DNA of 64,000 nt from a virus. Positions 41,801-50,072 of this stretch are shown here, piece after piece. A program made the position numbers and the translations under genes. The stretch lies in the IMG/VR virus record IMGVR_UViG_3300027963_005443, one strand, 5' to 3'. Position 1 is the stretch's first letter, and each line of letters starts with the position of its first letter. The notes beneath the pieces were generated by a model, which did no database searches, was not told the origin of the DNA, and saw nothing but the letters and a program-made list of their open reading frames with translations.

Positions 41801-42455
41801 TGACTGGGCTATATGAGTTACTATTTGGAACTATATAATTTTTGCCTCTTGTTGTCTCTAATTTTTGTATTAATCTGTTTATGTAAAAATTTATGAAATT
41901 ATCTTTAAACTTTTCTTTTTCTTCTTTGACAAATGGAACTATTGCATCAACTGTATAATATACAAAATCTTTAAATGCATTTCTAACATCAGAATATCTA
42001 TATCCTATTTCACTCATCTTGGTTTTGAGATCATAATCCTCTAAATCATTCTCCAACCAATCTGTTAGTTTTATTATATTAAATTCTCCTGGCCCTGGGC
42101 CTCCATAATCATTATATTTTGACGCAAAATCTAATATTAATTTTTTAAATTTATTATTAAAATCTTCATCTCTAATTCCTGCCAATTTCTTCTTGCCAAA
42201 AGATTTTTCTATTTCTTTGAATAATTCTTTTTTAATATTATTTCTGACTTTATCTCTATTTTCTAATAATTTGTATAATATATCATACCTTGTTTTTAAA
42301 GCCTCAGGCCAATCTTTTTGATCTACCTGATAAAGGAAGTCAATATCTTCATTATCTATAGATACTGGTCTTTTTACCACGTGTTCTCTATAGGCCATTT
42401 CTAAGAAAATTGAGTAGTCATGATTAGCCTTAAAAAATTCTTTGAATGTATTCAT
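38829..42455 (-). CDS. Large hypothetical protein (1208 aa) with CTS-like N-terminus
   Basis: MNTFKEFFK...IFLEMA; no catalytic motif recognised. Confidence 0.8.
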   Translation of the reverse strand: MNTFKEFFKANHDYSIFLEMAYREHVVKRPVSIDNEDIDFLYQVDQKDWPEALKTRYDILYKLLENRDKVRNNIKKELFKEIEKSFGKKKLAGIRDEDFNNKFKKLILDFASKYNDYGGPGPGEFNIIKLTDWLENDLEDYDLKTKMSEIGYRYSDVRNAFKDFVYYTVDAIVPFVKEEKEKFKDNFINFYINRLIQKLETTRGKNYIVPNSNSYSPVNLPNIKSVLPSEVSKKMKLASSGEYGLDLSNVKKTSRGGKQRVGSKSFAFPSENNIGNTVRHLLTLNFHRHLGPLPSDENSSSFDKLADEGKFKYKIVRVHDRSKDSTHDQKKKQKDNYIPQQKENGIKNNISRILSRAQSGDYKNWDDPKLSDLWEIIGKNSEATDGSWFEKAGLDNEADLIGIFGKEPININAKGDTLPAWKVAKSERWFRELKTPRGGGVAGNAKLKRKFSEYFAKLVTMQILSSNKQLTPQILSDKETEEFSDGGHPRIDKEELDQIEKSLTPEQFEIFKKTGRLPYSLKQDGKNPEITIGKNPRTGESQSAFLMLPTIKHTVDITDKDGNKIGEKTINLPVVNGSRFIKNTPSKLKDSEDDEDVNPEDDLESGYSKPITTTRSSSEIKSIEEIEKIYDRNPEKYKGTELEAAVNAYRNSDSGGLYKYNGKTKNVQDGFVFDDISNKMYSIDDYQHGASGVEGAHFRQEESGEQPETAVKKTARKKLSGVFGQIKDSKDLTPTLIRLGYRSKIGLFSEDPAEGYKPMRWADFKIVRYGDNYSNDEEGDSDESGSAGTKVRDIVVSNDGDGDIQGYYEIIKGISQCLLSKGARSCGTEIKQAVKNKILNDIDLIEKAHDFIVELLINNISKKDFKEPISREKFTNSELGKVLQSPAFGQKSRKTREYLASSDESDVDATGHPFRKDSVEKEEKPNSNKPKRDLIEDKFLETIFDFPGKENQAKSLSKGNIDKAREELAKLLEDPEQGVAAKLNEYSGLAQELDGYEKISDQDRRSLLNKINKQKNQLLEYLSGLVMGPTSSGVRRKIVLDYYQQIERKLNKIPKEVIVVSSPEEKVQSTEKPQEKMDLVFSVVRDIASKNMLVLPKSKNLINIINSLNMHEKEVEIHKSAVEVAVSLFSQIKDVVLINKFIKDESLDVKINKFNFICDSLAKLESVGIKSKEIDSMKNNLRIVWKDLTDQNIKLKGIRPSTPRFIQN

Positions 42456-42492
42456 GTAAATTTTACCTTTTGTATATCATATATATATTTAT

Positions 42493-43353
42493 ATGAGCAA
42501 TATTTTACAAATTCCAAGGCCGACCACAGATACAAAATGCACAGGTCAATGCATGAATGATCTAGGCCCAACAGATCCATTGACTCCACTCGCCCCAAGA
42601 AAAAACAGAGAAAAAGTTAGAGAGCAGATAAAAGACTATGTTTTATTGATGCTTGGGGCACCGGTAGTCAGCATCGAACTCGACCAACAGCAATTAGATG
42701 GGGCTGTGGACTTTTCCCTTCAAATCATAGAGGATTACGCACCTAGAGAGTATTTTCAGTGGTATGTATTCCCTACCATTCCAGGACAAACTGTCTATGC
42801 AATGCCTGACGATGTGGGCATAATAAGAGAAGTTGCATATAAAGAAACTGCTCAATATGCCTTTAGTGCGAGTGATATTGGTGGAGTAATACCTTTGGAA
42901 TATATGGGCGCCGGGGCTTACGGAAGTATAGCAGGAGGTATTAATCCTCAACAGCCGGTATGGGGAAAAATGAATGAATGGATATTATATAAACAATATG
43001 AGGATATGTATAATAGGACAAGTGGTCAGCAAGGAGGGTGGGAATTTATTGGAGGCTACAAGCACATTAAACTCTACCCAGTTCCTTATAGGACTCACTT
43101 GGTGGCTGTTCACTATCTTCAGAGAAAGCCAGATTTTGCTCAGGTGACTCAGGCCATGCAAGAAGGGGCTTTGGCTTTTGCTAAGATAATGTTAGGAAGA
43201 ATCCGATCCAAAATACAGAACCCTCCGGGGCCAAATGGTGGAATTCAGTTGGATGGTCAAACTATTCTTCAAGAAGGACTACAGGATAAAAAAGATTGGG
43301 AAGAGAGATTAATAACTAGATTCGGGGATCTACCAAGTATAAAGATGATGTAA
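42493..43353 (+). CDS. gp13: Neck protein (gp13-like)
   Basis: KDYVLLMLGAPVVSIEL, LAFAKIMLGRIRSK, GGIQLDG. Confidence 0.85.
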   Translation: MSNILQIPRPTTDTKCTGQCMNDLGPTDPLTPLAPRKNREKVREQIKDYVLLMLGAPVVSIELDQQQLDGAVDFSLQIIEDYAPREYFQWYVFPTIPGQTVYAMPDDVGIIREVAYKETAQYAFSASDIGGVIPLEYMGAGAYGSIAGGINPQQPVWGKMNEWILYKQYEDMYNRTSGQQGGWEFIGGYKHIKLYPVPYRTHLVAVHYLQRKPDFAQVTQAMQEGALAFAKIMLGRIRSKIQNPPGPNGGIQLDGQTILQEGLQDKKDWEERLITRFGDLPSIKMM

Positions 43354-43358
43354 AAATT

Positions 43359-43820
43359 ATGAAATCATATAAAGATTGGAAAAAAATAAACGAGGCTGCT
43401 GAGGAAACACGGTACAGTGTTGGAGTTAACTACAGAACATCGCCTGATGAAGTTCTGGATGTTTATGCTAAAATAAGCCTTGGATATGTGAGTGCTGCAA
43501 TTAAAAATTATGGTTATCACACAAAACATGTATACACAGAAACTCCATATAGACTATTAATTAGCTCCGGGGATTGGAGTGAAGGAGAATGGGTAGGGGT
43601 AGTTAGTTGGGATCACAAGAATAAGTGCTTTGTGATAAGTAGTGGTTTTTATAAAAAGATGACTAAAACTGTGTCGATTGTCAAAACAGATGCTTGCAAA
43701 TATGATACTGCATCTAAGATAGCTCAAGAAGTCTATAGCATGATGAAAGGCTTAGAGGACAAGCCAGATAGAAAAACTATTGAACTAAAACCTGCTAAAA
43801 AGAAAACTGGGCCAAAATAA
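43359..43820 (+). CDS. Hypothetical protein with CTS-like N-terminus
   Basis: MKSYKDWKKINE. Confidence 0.75.
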   Translation: MKSYKDWKKINEAAEETRYSVGVNYRTSPDEVLDVYAKISLGYVSAAIKNYGYHTKHVYTETPYRLLISSGDWSEGEWVGVVSWDHKNKCFVISSGFYKKMTKTVSIVKTDACKYDTASKIAQEVYSMMKGLEDKPDRKTIELKPAKKKTGPK

Positions 43821-43821
43821 T

Positions 43822-44322
43822 CTACTCGCTTCTTCTAGGTGTCTTGGAACAGCATATTTCGCTTTCCACTTCTTTCATCATGAAGTCTTGATATCTCTTC
43901 TTGAGTTCATTGTAGTTCCGTGCAGACCTATACAACTGCTTAAAGTGATTTAGTATGCATGTTGTCATATAGTTGAATGCTTTTCCTATCTTAGGATTGA
44001 ACCTGTCCAGTTTTTCAAAGCAAACCAATACTCCTTCTTGAACCGCATCATCTATATCAATTAAATTAAATTTTGCATATCGGACTATATTTTCAGATAA
44101 CGTGTAAAATGCAATCGCTAGATTATTTTGCGTTACCTCGTAAACATTCAATATCTCAGAATTTTTCTTATTTACTAAATCTTTTAGTTCAATTTTTACT
44201 TTATCTTCTCTCTTCTTTATATCTTCTTGTAAGAAATTATATAGCTTTTTATCTCTTTTTGCTTTTTGAAATATAATTATTGTTTTCTCAAGATTTTTAT
44301 TATTAAGATACTCTGACGCCAT
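43822..44322 (-). CDS. gp55: Late sigma factor (T4 gp55-like)
   Basis: EYLNNKNL N-terminus, DDAVQEG, DRFNPK, KAFNYMTT. Confidence 0.72.
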   Translation of the reverse strand: MASEYLNNKNLEKTIIIFQKAKRDKKLYNFLQEDIKKREDKVKIELKDLVNKKNSEILNVYEVTQNNLAIAFYTLSENIVRYAKFNLIDIDDAVQEGVLVCFEKLDRFNPKIGKAFNYMTTCILNHFKQLYRSARNYNELKKRYQDFMMKEVESEICCSKTPRRSE

Positions 44323-44357
44323 TTTTACTTTCTATCATTTTTTTCTCATTTATATTG

Positions 44358-44513
44358 ATGAATAATACTGACTACACTTATTTTTATAAATTACTTGAGG
44401 ATCCTACCTGCTTAAAGTATTATTATGAAATAATACGCTATTATAAAAGTAAAAATAAATTAGATTTCGCAGATGCTTTTGAGAAATTAGTGGAAAAGAT
44501 CAAAAATGAATAA
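44358..44513 (+). CDS. Small hypothetical protein (51 aa)
   Basis: Manual translation MNNTDYTYFYKLLEDP...KIKNE; stop overlaps next ATG. Confidence 0.55.
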   Translation: MNNTDYTYFYKLLEDPTCLKYYYEIIRYYKSKNKLDFADAFEKLVEKIKNE

Positions 44514-45432
44514 TCTTGCTGTTTGCATGATAATATATGATCAAGAAGATCTGGATAATGCTAGTAAATCTATAGATTCTCTATTTGGATTAGAATTTAG
44601 TCTATTTATTATTGATTTCACCGGTAGATTTAAAGACATTAGAGCAACAACACTAGAACCAGTATCTGAGGAAGATTTTTCTGGAAATAAAAATTCTTTT
44701 TTTAAGCTAGACTATAAATGGTTTTTATTCTTGGATGCTCAAGACACTTTAATTAATGGGAAAGATTACTTATCAAATATAGTTGCCCAAGATCAAGGAG
44801 TGTATAAGGTTCTAGTATTAAATAATGGGGTAATAACTAAATCTATTAGGCTGGTGAGTAAAAATTCAAATGTTGTTTTTGAAAATCCAATATATGAAAA
44901 TATATTTTGCTCTTCTTCGAAAAATACCAACATCCTCCTAGAATCAAAAGAGAAACAGATAAAAGATGAACTGATTAAAATAGAAAAATGGAAAAATAAA
45001 AACAAATTTGATTCAATACCTCTTTACTATGAATCGTGTTTTTATTTGAAAAATCAAGATTATAAAAAGTTTATAAGTACTACTGAAAAATATTTTTTCA
45101 TAGAGAAAAACTCAAATCTTCCTTCTTATATCATGCTCAAATACTACCAAGCGTATGTTTATTTTTATCACCTAGACGATATCTCGAGATCTTTTCAAAA
45201 TCTAATATTTTGCATAGAAAAAAATCCAACCCTTGCTGAATTTTGGTGCTTATTAGGTGATATAAATTTTGAACTCAAGAAATATAAGAAAGCATATTAT
45301 TATTATGATAATGCTTTGATTCTTGGTAGAGTTAGGAATAAGAATGATGATCTATTTATAGACATCAAAAGATATGAGATGCACCCAGAAAATATGAAGG
45401 TTAAATGTAAAGAACTAATAGATAATATCTAG
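44506..45432 (+). CDS. Degenerate GT2-like glycosyltransferase fused to TPR repeats
   Basis: LAVCMII, WFLFLDA (DxD-like), TPR-like AEFWCLLGD. Confidence 0.6.
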   Translation: MNNLAVCMIIYDQEDLDNASKSIDSLFGLEFSLFIIDFTGRFKDIRATTLEPVSEEDFSGNKNSFFKLDYKWFLFLDAQDTLINGKDYLSNIVAQDQGVYKVLVLNNGVITKSIRLVSKNSNVVFENPIYENIFCSSSKNTNILLESKEKQIKDELIKIEKWKNKNKFDSIPLYYESCFYLKNQDYKKFISTTEKYFFIEKNSNLPSYIMLKYYQAYVYFYHLDDISRSFQNLIFCIEKNPTLAEFWCLLGDINFELKKYKKAYYYYDNALILGRVRNKNDDLFIDIKRYEMHPENMKVKCKELIDNI

Positions 45433-45801
45433 TTCATTTACCACTACGGTTACTTCTTCTTCATATCTTGCCATTGCTATTTGCTTACGACCTGGGCCTA
45501 ATTTTTTTAAAATCTCTTCCAGTTCAGAAAAATGACAATTTATAACGGAAAAATTATTTTCTGAAAGTTTTCTTATCTGTTCGGTTTCTTCCACTATCTC
45601 TTTTTCAGGATAATATCTTTGAAGTTCTGCTCGGGCTTCTTTGATTAATTTTCTATAAAAACCTATATTACATCCACAACCGGGGTTATTTAAAAATTTC
45701 TTAAGATCTTCTGAGAATATTTCCGGGAGAAACTCTCGGAATTTCTCATCCCTCAGAGCAATTTTTACGTCAGCTAAACCTAATGTTTGTTTATTAGTCA
45801 T
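45415..45801 (-). CDS. Hypothetical protein
   Basis: Contains NPGCGCN. Confidence 0.7.
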   Translation of the reverse strand: MTNKQTLGLADVKIALRDEKFREFLPEIFSEDLKKFLNNPGCGCNIGFYRKLIKEARAELQRYYPEKEIVEETEQIRKLSENNFSVINCHFSELEEILKKLGPGRKQIAMARYEEEVTVVVNELDIIY

Positions 45802-46096
45802 TTGTCATCTTGATTGTTATTGATTCAAGTGTATTCAATAATACTGCTGTGGTTTGAGATAAAATACTTCCGGCACAACCACAGGAGAACAACTTTGCTG
45901 GTTCATATATCCCTAGACAAAAACCAGTAAAAACACCGCACCAGAAACCTGCACACATATAACACTCTACTAGAGTTGCTATTTTAGATGGCAAGTTACT
46001 TTTAACGTATTCTCTTAATGAAGAGAATATTGAGCCATCTATTATTATATGTGTCATTCCAATAGAGCCTAGTATAAACAATATTGTTGTATTCAT
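45794..46096 (-). CDS. DUF1360-like membrane protein
   Basis: THIIIDGSIF and LVECYMCAGFW; hydrophobic. Confidence 0.7.
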   Translation of the reverse strand: MNTTILFILGSIGMTHIIIDGSIFSSLREYVKSNLPSKIATLVECYMCAGFWCGVFTGFCLGIYEPAKLFSCGCAGSILSQTTAVLLNTLESITIKMTND

Positions 46097-46098
46097 TT

Positions 46099-46839
46099 TT
46101 AATATATTTGTAATTGATTTTTATCAGATACGAACACGTTTTCTGCATAACTTAATTCAAACCAGATATTGTATATTCCTTTTTCCATATCTGTTGTGTC
46201 GATAAAATAATATCCAAACCTTTTTTCCCTGAAAGAAACAGTTTCTCCGTCTACAACCATATCTAAGTCTTGCTCTTCAGGAGGGCAATTTGCGCAATCT
46301 TGTTCTATGTAAATTTTCATTTCTGATATTACTGCTAAATTATTATAATATCTTTCAATGTCGCCTCCCTTTGGAACATTTGGCACCACTTCAACTAAAA
46401 TGTATCTTTTGCTTCCTTTTGTTACTTTATTTGGCTTGAAGTAAAAACTAAAATCGTAAATACTCGGCCCAGGAGCGGTAAACCATACATCTGGGTATAC
46501 TTCAAAATTATTATCTACTACGGCAACTGAACAAGGCTCATTATCCTCAAATTTTATATGCCATTTGTCTTTATACTTGCCTATTGTATATCTGGGCTCA
46601 CTAAGAGTTAAAGTGACACTATACTCTCCTGTGTTTTCATTTATTATGTCGGGAGATTCTATTGTTTCTACTAATCTCAAGCCCTCTGGGTTTTCTTTAG
46701 AAACCTCCTCAGGATCATAGAAATATATTTCTACTTTTGTTATTTCATAAACATTTCTTTTAAAATTAGAATTGAATGCGAATAATCTTAATTTTAATTC
46801 ATCCCCACAGTTTGGGTTTTGGAAACGTTCTTTTGACAT
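46099..46839 (-). CDS. Hypothetical, probably baseplate-associated beta-rich protein
   Basis: Co-oriented downstream of hub genes; Ig-like strand pattern. Confidence 0.6.
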   Translation of the reverse strand: MSKERFQNPNCGDELKLRLFAFNSNFKRNVYEITKVEIYFYDPEEVSKENPEGLRLVETIESPDIINENTGEYSVTLTLSEPRYTIGKYKDKWHIKFEDNEPCSVAVVDNNFEVYPDVWFTAPGPSIYDFSFYFKPNKVTKGSKRYILVEVVPNVPKGGDIERYYNNLAVISEMKIYIEQDCANCPPEEQDLDMVVDGETVSFREKRFGYYFIDTTDMEKGIYNIWFELSYAENVFVSDKNQLQIY

Positions 46840-46841
46840 TT

Positions 46842-47024
46842 TTACCTCTTAGACTTTGCTTTTCTTCTCTCTGCTTCCATTTGCTCATTTTCTTTTTCTT
46901 TTTGATCTACGAATCTTTGTATTAGCCATTTCCTTAAATTTATAGGAAGCTTCATGCTACCTTCCATTGGAAGATTGAGATTATATAAAAAGAAAAATAT
47001 TTCTTCGGCTAAACTATTCCACAA
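46842..47024 (-). CDS. Baseplate hub assembly protein (gp51-like)
   Basis: EIFFFLY, LPINLRKWLIQRF, KENE; follows gp26-like gene. Confidence 0.6.
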   Translation of the reverse strand: MWNSLAEEIFFFLYNLNLPMEGSMKLPINLRKWLIQRFVDQKEKENEQMEAERRKAKSKR

Positions 47025-47026
47025 CT

Positions 47027-48046
47027 CTAAGCTTGCGTTTGTTCCCTCCTCCGACGAGGGAAGAAAAAATTTGCTTCGAGAGGTAGATCTACGTCAAACT
47101 CCTGCAGGCAGCTTGGGCAAACCATTTCAACCTTTGTGTCTACTCCAAATGGAGGCTCATTCACACAATTTCTAAGGTATGAAACATCTGATATCGGAAG
47201 GTTCTTAATTAATACCTGAAGATCTTTTTTATCAGCCAGTCCTTCGATGTCATCCAGCAATAGAGCAGTTCGGTAGATTAAGGTATCGTCAGCAGAAGCA
47301 TCTCCAAAGTTTTTGATTCTTCTGTCTCTATGATCCTGTATTTCATTCTCATCTTTTCCTTGTGATAATCTATATCTAAACCTATATTTAGAGCTCGGAA
47401 GCACATCCTCTAAAATGGGCCCATAATTATCAGGACAAGATTCAACTACAAGTGAATTTAAATCTATTTCTGTGCTAAATTTCTTTTCGCACTCTGGGCA
47501 TTTGATCTCTACATCATAAAGAGGTGAATAAGAAATGCCTCTTAGATATATTAAGAGATATGTTCTATCCACGGTCAACAGATTTTCAGATTTATATTTC
47601 TCTTTGACGCACCTTGAGAAAATCATATTTAAGGCTTGGCCTTTTCTTACAAATCTCGGTGTTGCTAATATTTGCTCTTCTTCACCGGTCATTGGCCTTA
47701 TATGAAGTTTGCCGTCAGCTGGGCCATTCTCTCCATCATAGAATTTACCCTTTGATGGAAGTTCTATCTCCTCATATACAGAAGTATTGTTTTTCAAGCC
47801 TTCTAAAAGTTCTTTTAGCTGACCACTGCCAGAAGCAGGAGCAGAACTATTCTCTACCGCAGCTCTTCCTGACATTGCACTTAAGAACTGTTCAGGAACA
47901 TTTCCCTTTACTTGAAATGGGGCCTTATTTTGATCGAAGTTACTTCTTTCATCTACTTCGGCCGCCTTTCTTATGGCGTCTATTTTGCTTAGAGATTCAC
48001 TATTGTCTTCTTCTGATTTTCTTGGTCGATATACTTCGTCGGACAT
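47027..48046 (-). CDS. gp26: Baseplate hub subunit (gp26-like)
   Basis: IELPSKG, RPMTGEEEQIL, DRTYLLIYLR, CPEC and CPSC. Confidence 0.8.
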   Translation of the reverse strand: MSDEVYRPRKSEEDNSESLSKIDAIRKAAEVDERSNFDQNKAPFQVKGNVPEQFLSAMSGRAAVENSSAPASGSGQLKELLEGLKNNTSVYEEIELPSKGKFYDGENGPADGKLHIRPMTGEEEQILATPRFVRKGQALNMIFSRCVKEKYKSENLLTVDRTYLLIYLRGISYSPLYDVEIKCPECEKKFSTEIDLNSLVVESCPDNYGPILEDVLPSSKYRFRYRLSQGKDENEIQDHRDRRIKNFGDASADDTLIYRTALLLDDIEGLADKKDLQVLIKNLPISDVSYLRNCVNEPPFGVDTKVEMVCPSCLQEFDVDLPLEANFFFPRRRREQTQA

Positions 48047-48114
48047 TTTTTTGGCCTTTCTTTTTTACTGCATTTTATCATAGTACAAAAAAATTTTTTT
48101 ATCTACTTTATATC

Positions 48115-48471
48115 GTGGAAATAGATTTTTATAATGTTGAAGAAAAGATTTTTTTGGAGAAAAGACTCCAACAATCTCTTCCTGAACTCAAACCTTTATT
48201 TGATCGATGGAACTTTGCTAAAGTTAATGGATTATTTACTTTTTTAAAAAGTGTTGAAAATCAACTGATAGATTCACTATCAGATGGTCATATATCAATA
48301 ATATCTAAATATTACAAAGAAGATATAATTATTAAAAGAAACAATATAAATATAATTAAAAATTATTCTTATGATTTGAATGAAGATTTTGGTCTTCACC
48401 AGCCCAGAGAGTACAAGGATTTCTGTATATCCAGGGATAAAAATAATATATTTTTTACTTTTTGGCGATAA
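48115..48471 (+). CDS. Hypothetical protein
   Basis: Non-overlapping 3' part of track ORF 47614..48471; GTG start. Confidence 0.55.
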   Translation: MEIDFYNVEEKIFLEKRLQQSLPELKPLFDRWNFAKVNGLFTFLKSVENQLIDSLSDGHISIISKYYKEDIIIKRNNINIIKNYSYDLNEDFGLHQPREYKDFCISRDKNNIFFTFWR

Positions 48472-48556
48472 TTATATTTTTGTATCTTAAACAACTATAT
48501 ACTATAGATGACAATTCAAAGGATTGAATTTGTTATAAATCTTAATGGAGGGAACC

Positions 48557-48928
48557 ATGAGTGATTATAAAAATTTTGCTAAAAGTATAGTTCAAAATTG
48601 GAAGAATGAAAATGAAAACTCATTTTCATTTAATAGCGAAAGTTTAGCAAAACTTACCGCAGATCTTCTATCGTTTCTAGATAGTTCGGTGCACTACGCC
48701 GAGGAGAATATAAATTCTAGCGGAAGAAATAAAAAAGCTGTTGTTTTAGCTATTATGCAAATTATTTTTGTGGACATAGTCTTAAATAATCTTCCAATTT
48801 ATCTTAAACCTTTTGAACAACTAATTAAATTTATCGCAGTAAATATATTATTCAGTGTTATTATTGATTTTATAGTTAAAAAATATAAAGAGGGGATATG
48901 GAAAAAGGAGGCCAAAAATGAAGTGTAA
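48557..48928 (+). CDS. Holin-like membrane protein (LL-H-like)
   Basis: SD GGAGG; AEE..SGRNKK motif; two hydrophobic C-terminal segments. Confidence 0.5.
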   Translation: MSDYKNFAKSIVQNWKNENENSFSFNSESLAKLTADLLSFLDSSVHYAEENINSSGRNKKAVVLAIMQIIFVDIVLNNLPIYLKPFEQLIKFIAVNILFSVIIDFIVKKYKEGIWKKEAKNEV

Positions 48929-49847
48929 TTTATTACCATATACAAGAGAAGATGTTTACTCTATACAGGAAGTCAGACAGGCTGCTGGCTGGGAGATAAC
49001 TACGTTTAATCTTCCTGATAAATGGAAACTATCTCAAGGGGAAGGGGTAAAGATAGCCGTAGTAGATACGGGTTGTGATCTTAATCATGAAGATTTAAAA
49101 AATAATCTTTTACAAGGTAGAAATTTTGTTAATAAAAATAAAGATCCAATGGATTATAATTCTCACGGCACCCATGTTGCCGGAACTATATGCGCCGAAA
49201 ACAATAATGTTGGTGTAATTGGAGTTGCTCCTAAATCTAAAGTTATACCTATTAAGGCATTGGATGATAATGGTAGCGGCAATATGGACAATATAGCAGA
49301 AGCTATTAGATGGGCCGCAGATCAAGGTTCCGATTTTATAACTATGAGTTTGGGATCTCCGGGCCATGTGCCGAGTATTAGAAATGCCATACAATATGCT
49401 TTATCCAAAAAGTGCATTACATTTTGCGCCGCAGGCAATGCAGGCTCTACAAGAGAGATTTACTATCCAGCAAATTATCCCGAGACTATAGGAATAGGAT
49501 CCATAGACCAAAACTTTGAAAGAGCTAGTTTTAGTTGCACTGGCGAGGATTTAGATTTTTTGGCCCCCGGAGTCAAAATATTTAGCACAGTTCCAACTAA
49601 TTGGTATGCATATATGAGCGGAACAAGCATGAGCACCCCATTTGCTGTTGGATGTGCCGCATTATTGTTATCCTATGTTAGAAATAATAGCACAGGATTA
49701 GTTTTGGATAATGATAATGACTATAGAAAAGCTTTTAGAAAAAAAACAATGTCTTTAAAAAATAAAGACTTTGCAGGTAAAAAGTTTTTCGAAGGTTTCG
49801 GTATTATAGATCCAAATCAATTTGAAGAATGGGTTAAAAACAATTAA
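48918..49847 (+). CDS. S8 subtilisin-like serine protease lacking signal and propeptide
   Basis: Triad VDTG, HGTHVAG, SGTSMSTP; oxyanion AAGN; SD GGAGG. Confidence 0.95.
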   Translation: MKCNLLPYTREDVYSIQEVRQAAGWEITTFNLPDKWKLSQGEGVKIAVVDTGCDLNHEDLKNNLLQGRNFVNKNKDPMDYNSHGTHVAGTICAENNNVGVIGVAPKSKVIPIKALDDNGSGNMDNIAEAIRWAADQGSDFITMSLGSPGHVPSIRNAIQYALSKKCITFCAAGNAGSTREIYYPANYPETIGIGSIDQNFERASFSCTGEDLDFLAPGVKIFSTVPTNWYAYMSGTSMSTPFAVGCAALLLSYVRNNSTGLVLDNDNDYRKAFRKKTMSLKNKDFAGKKFFEGFGIIDPNQFEEWVKNN

Positions 49848-50072
49848 TCAAACATTTCTTATTGAAGATGTGGTTGCTTCTAATAATGTTTCAAAATCTA
49901 TTTTTTCTACTTTTTTATTATTTTTTTGGCACCATTCAACTATTTTAAGCAATATGGCTTCTTTGTTCTTAATCACCCAGTGGTTTTGTAGTCTCATTTA
50001 TATGACCTTTTGACTATCTAAATTGTAATTGATTCTTATTAAAAATCAAGTATAATTATTTTTGAGGTTTAC

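Noticed and set aside
38829-42455. Virion RNA polymerase or ADP-ribosyltransferase call
   Set aside because: No DFDGD, single-subunit RNAP or ART motifs recognisable by eye
47614-48114. 5' extension of the 285-aa + strand ORF
   Set aside because: Overlaps the gp26-like gene antisense; only the part from GTG 48115 looks coding
49848-49997. 49-aa minus-strand ORF (MRLQNHW...) between the protease and the 50073 gene
   Set aside because: Short, no RBS and no recognisable motif; insufficient support
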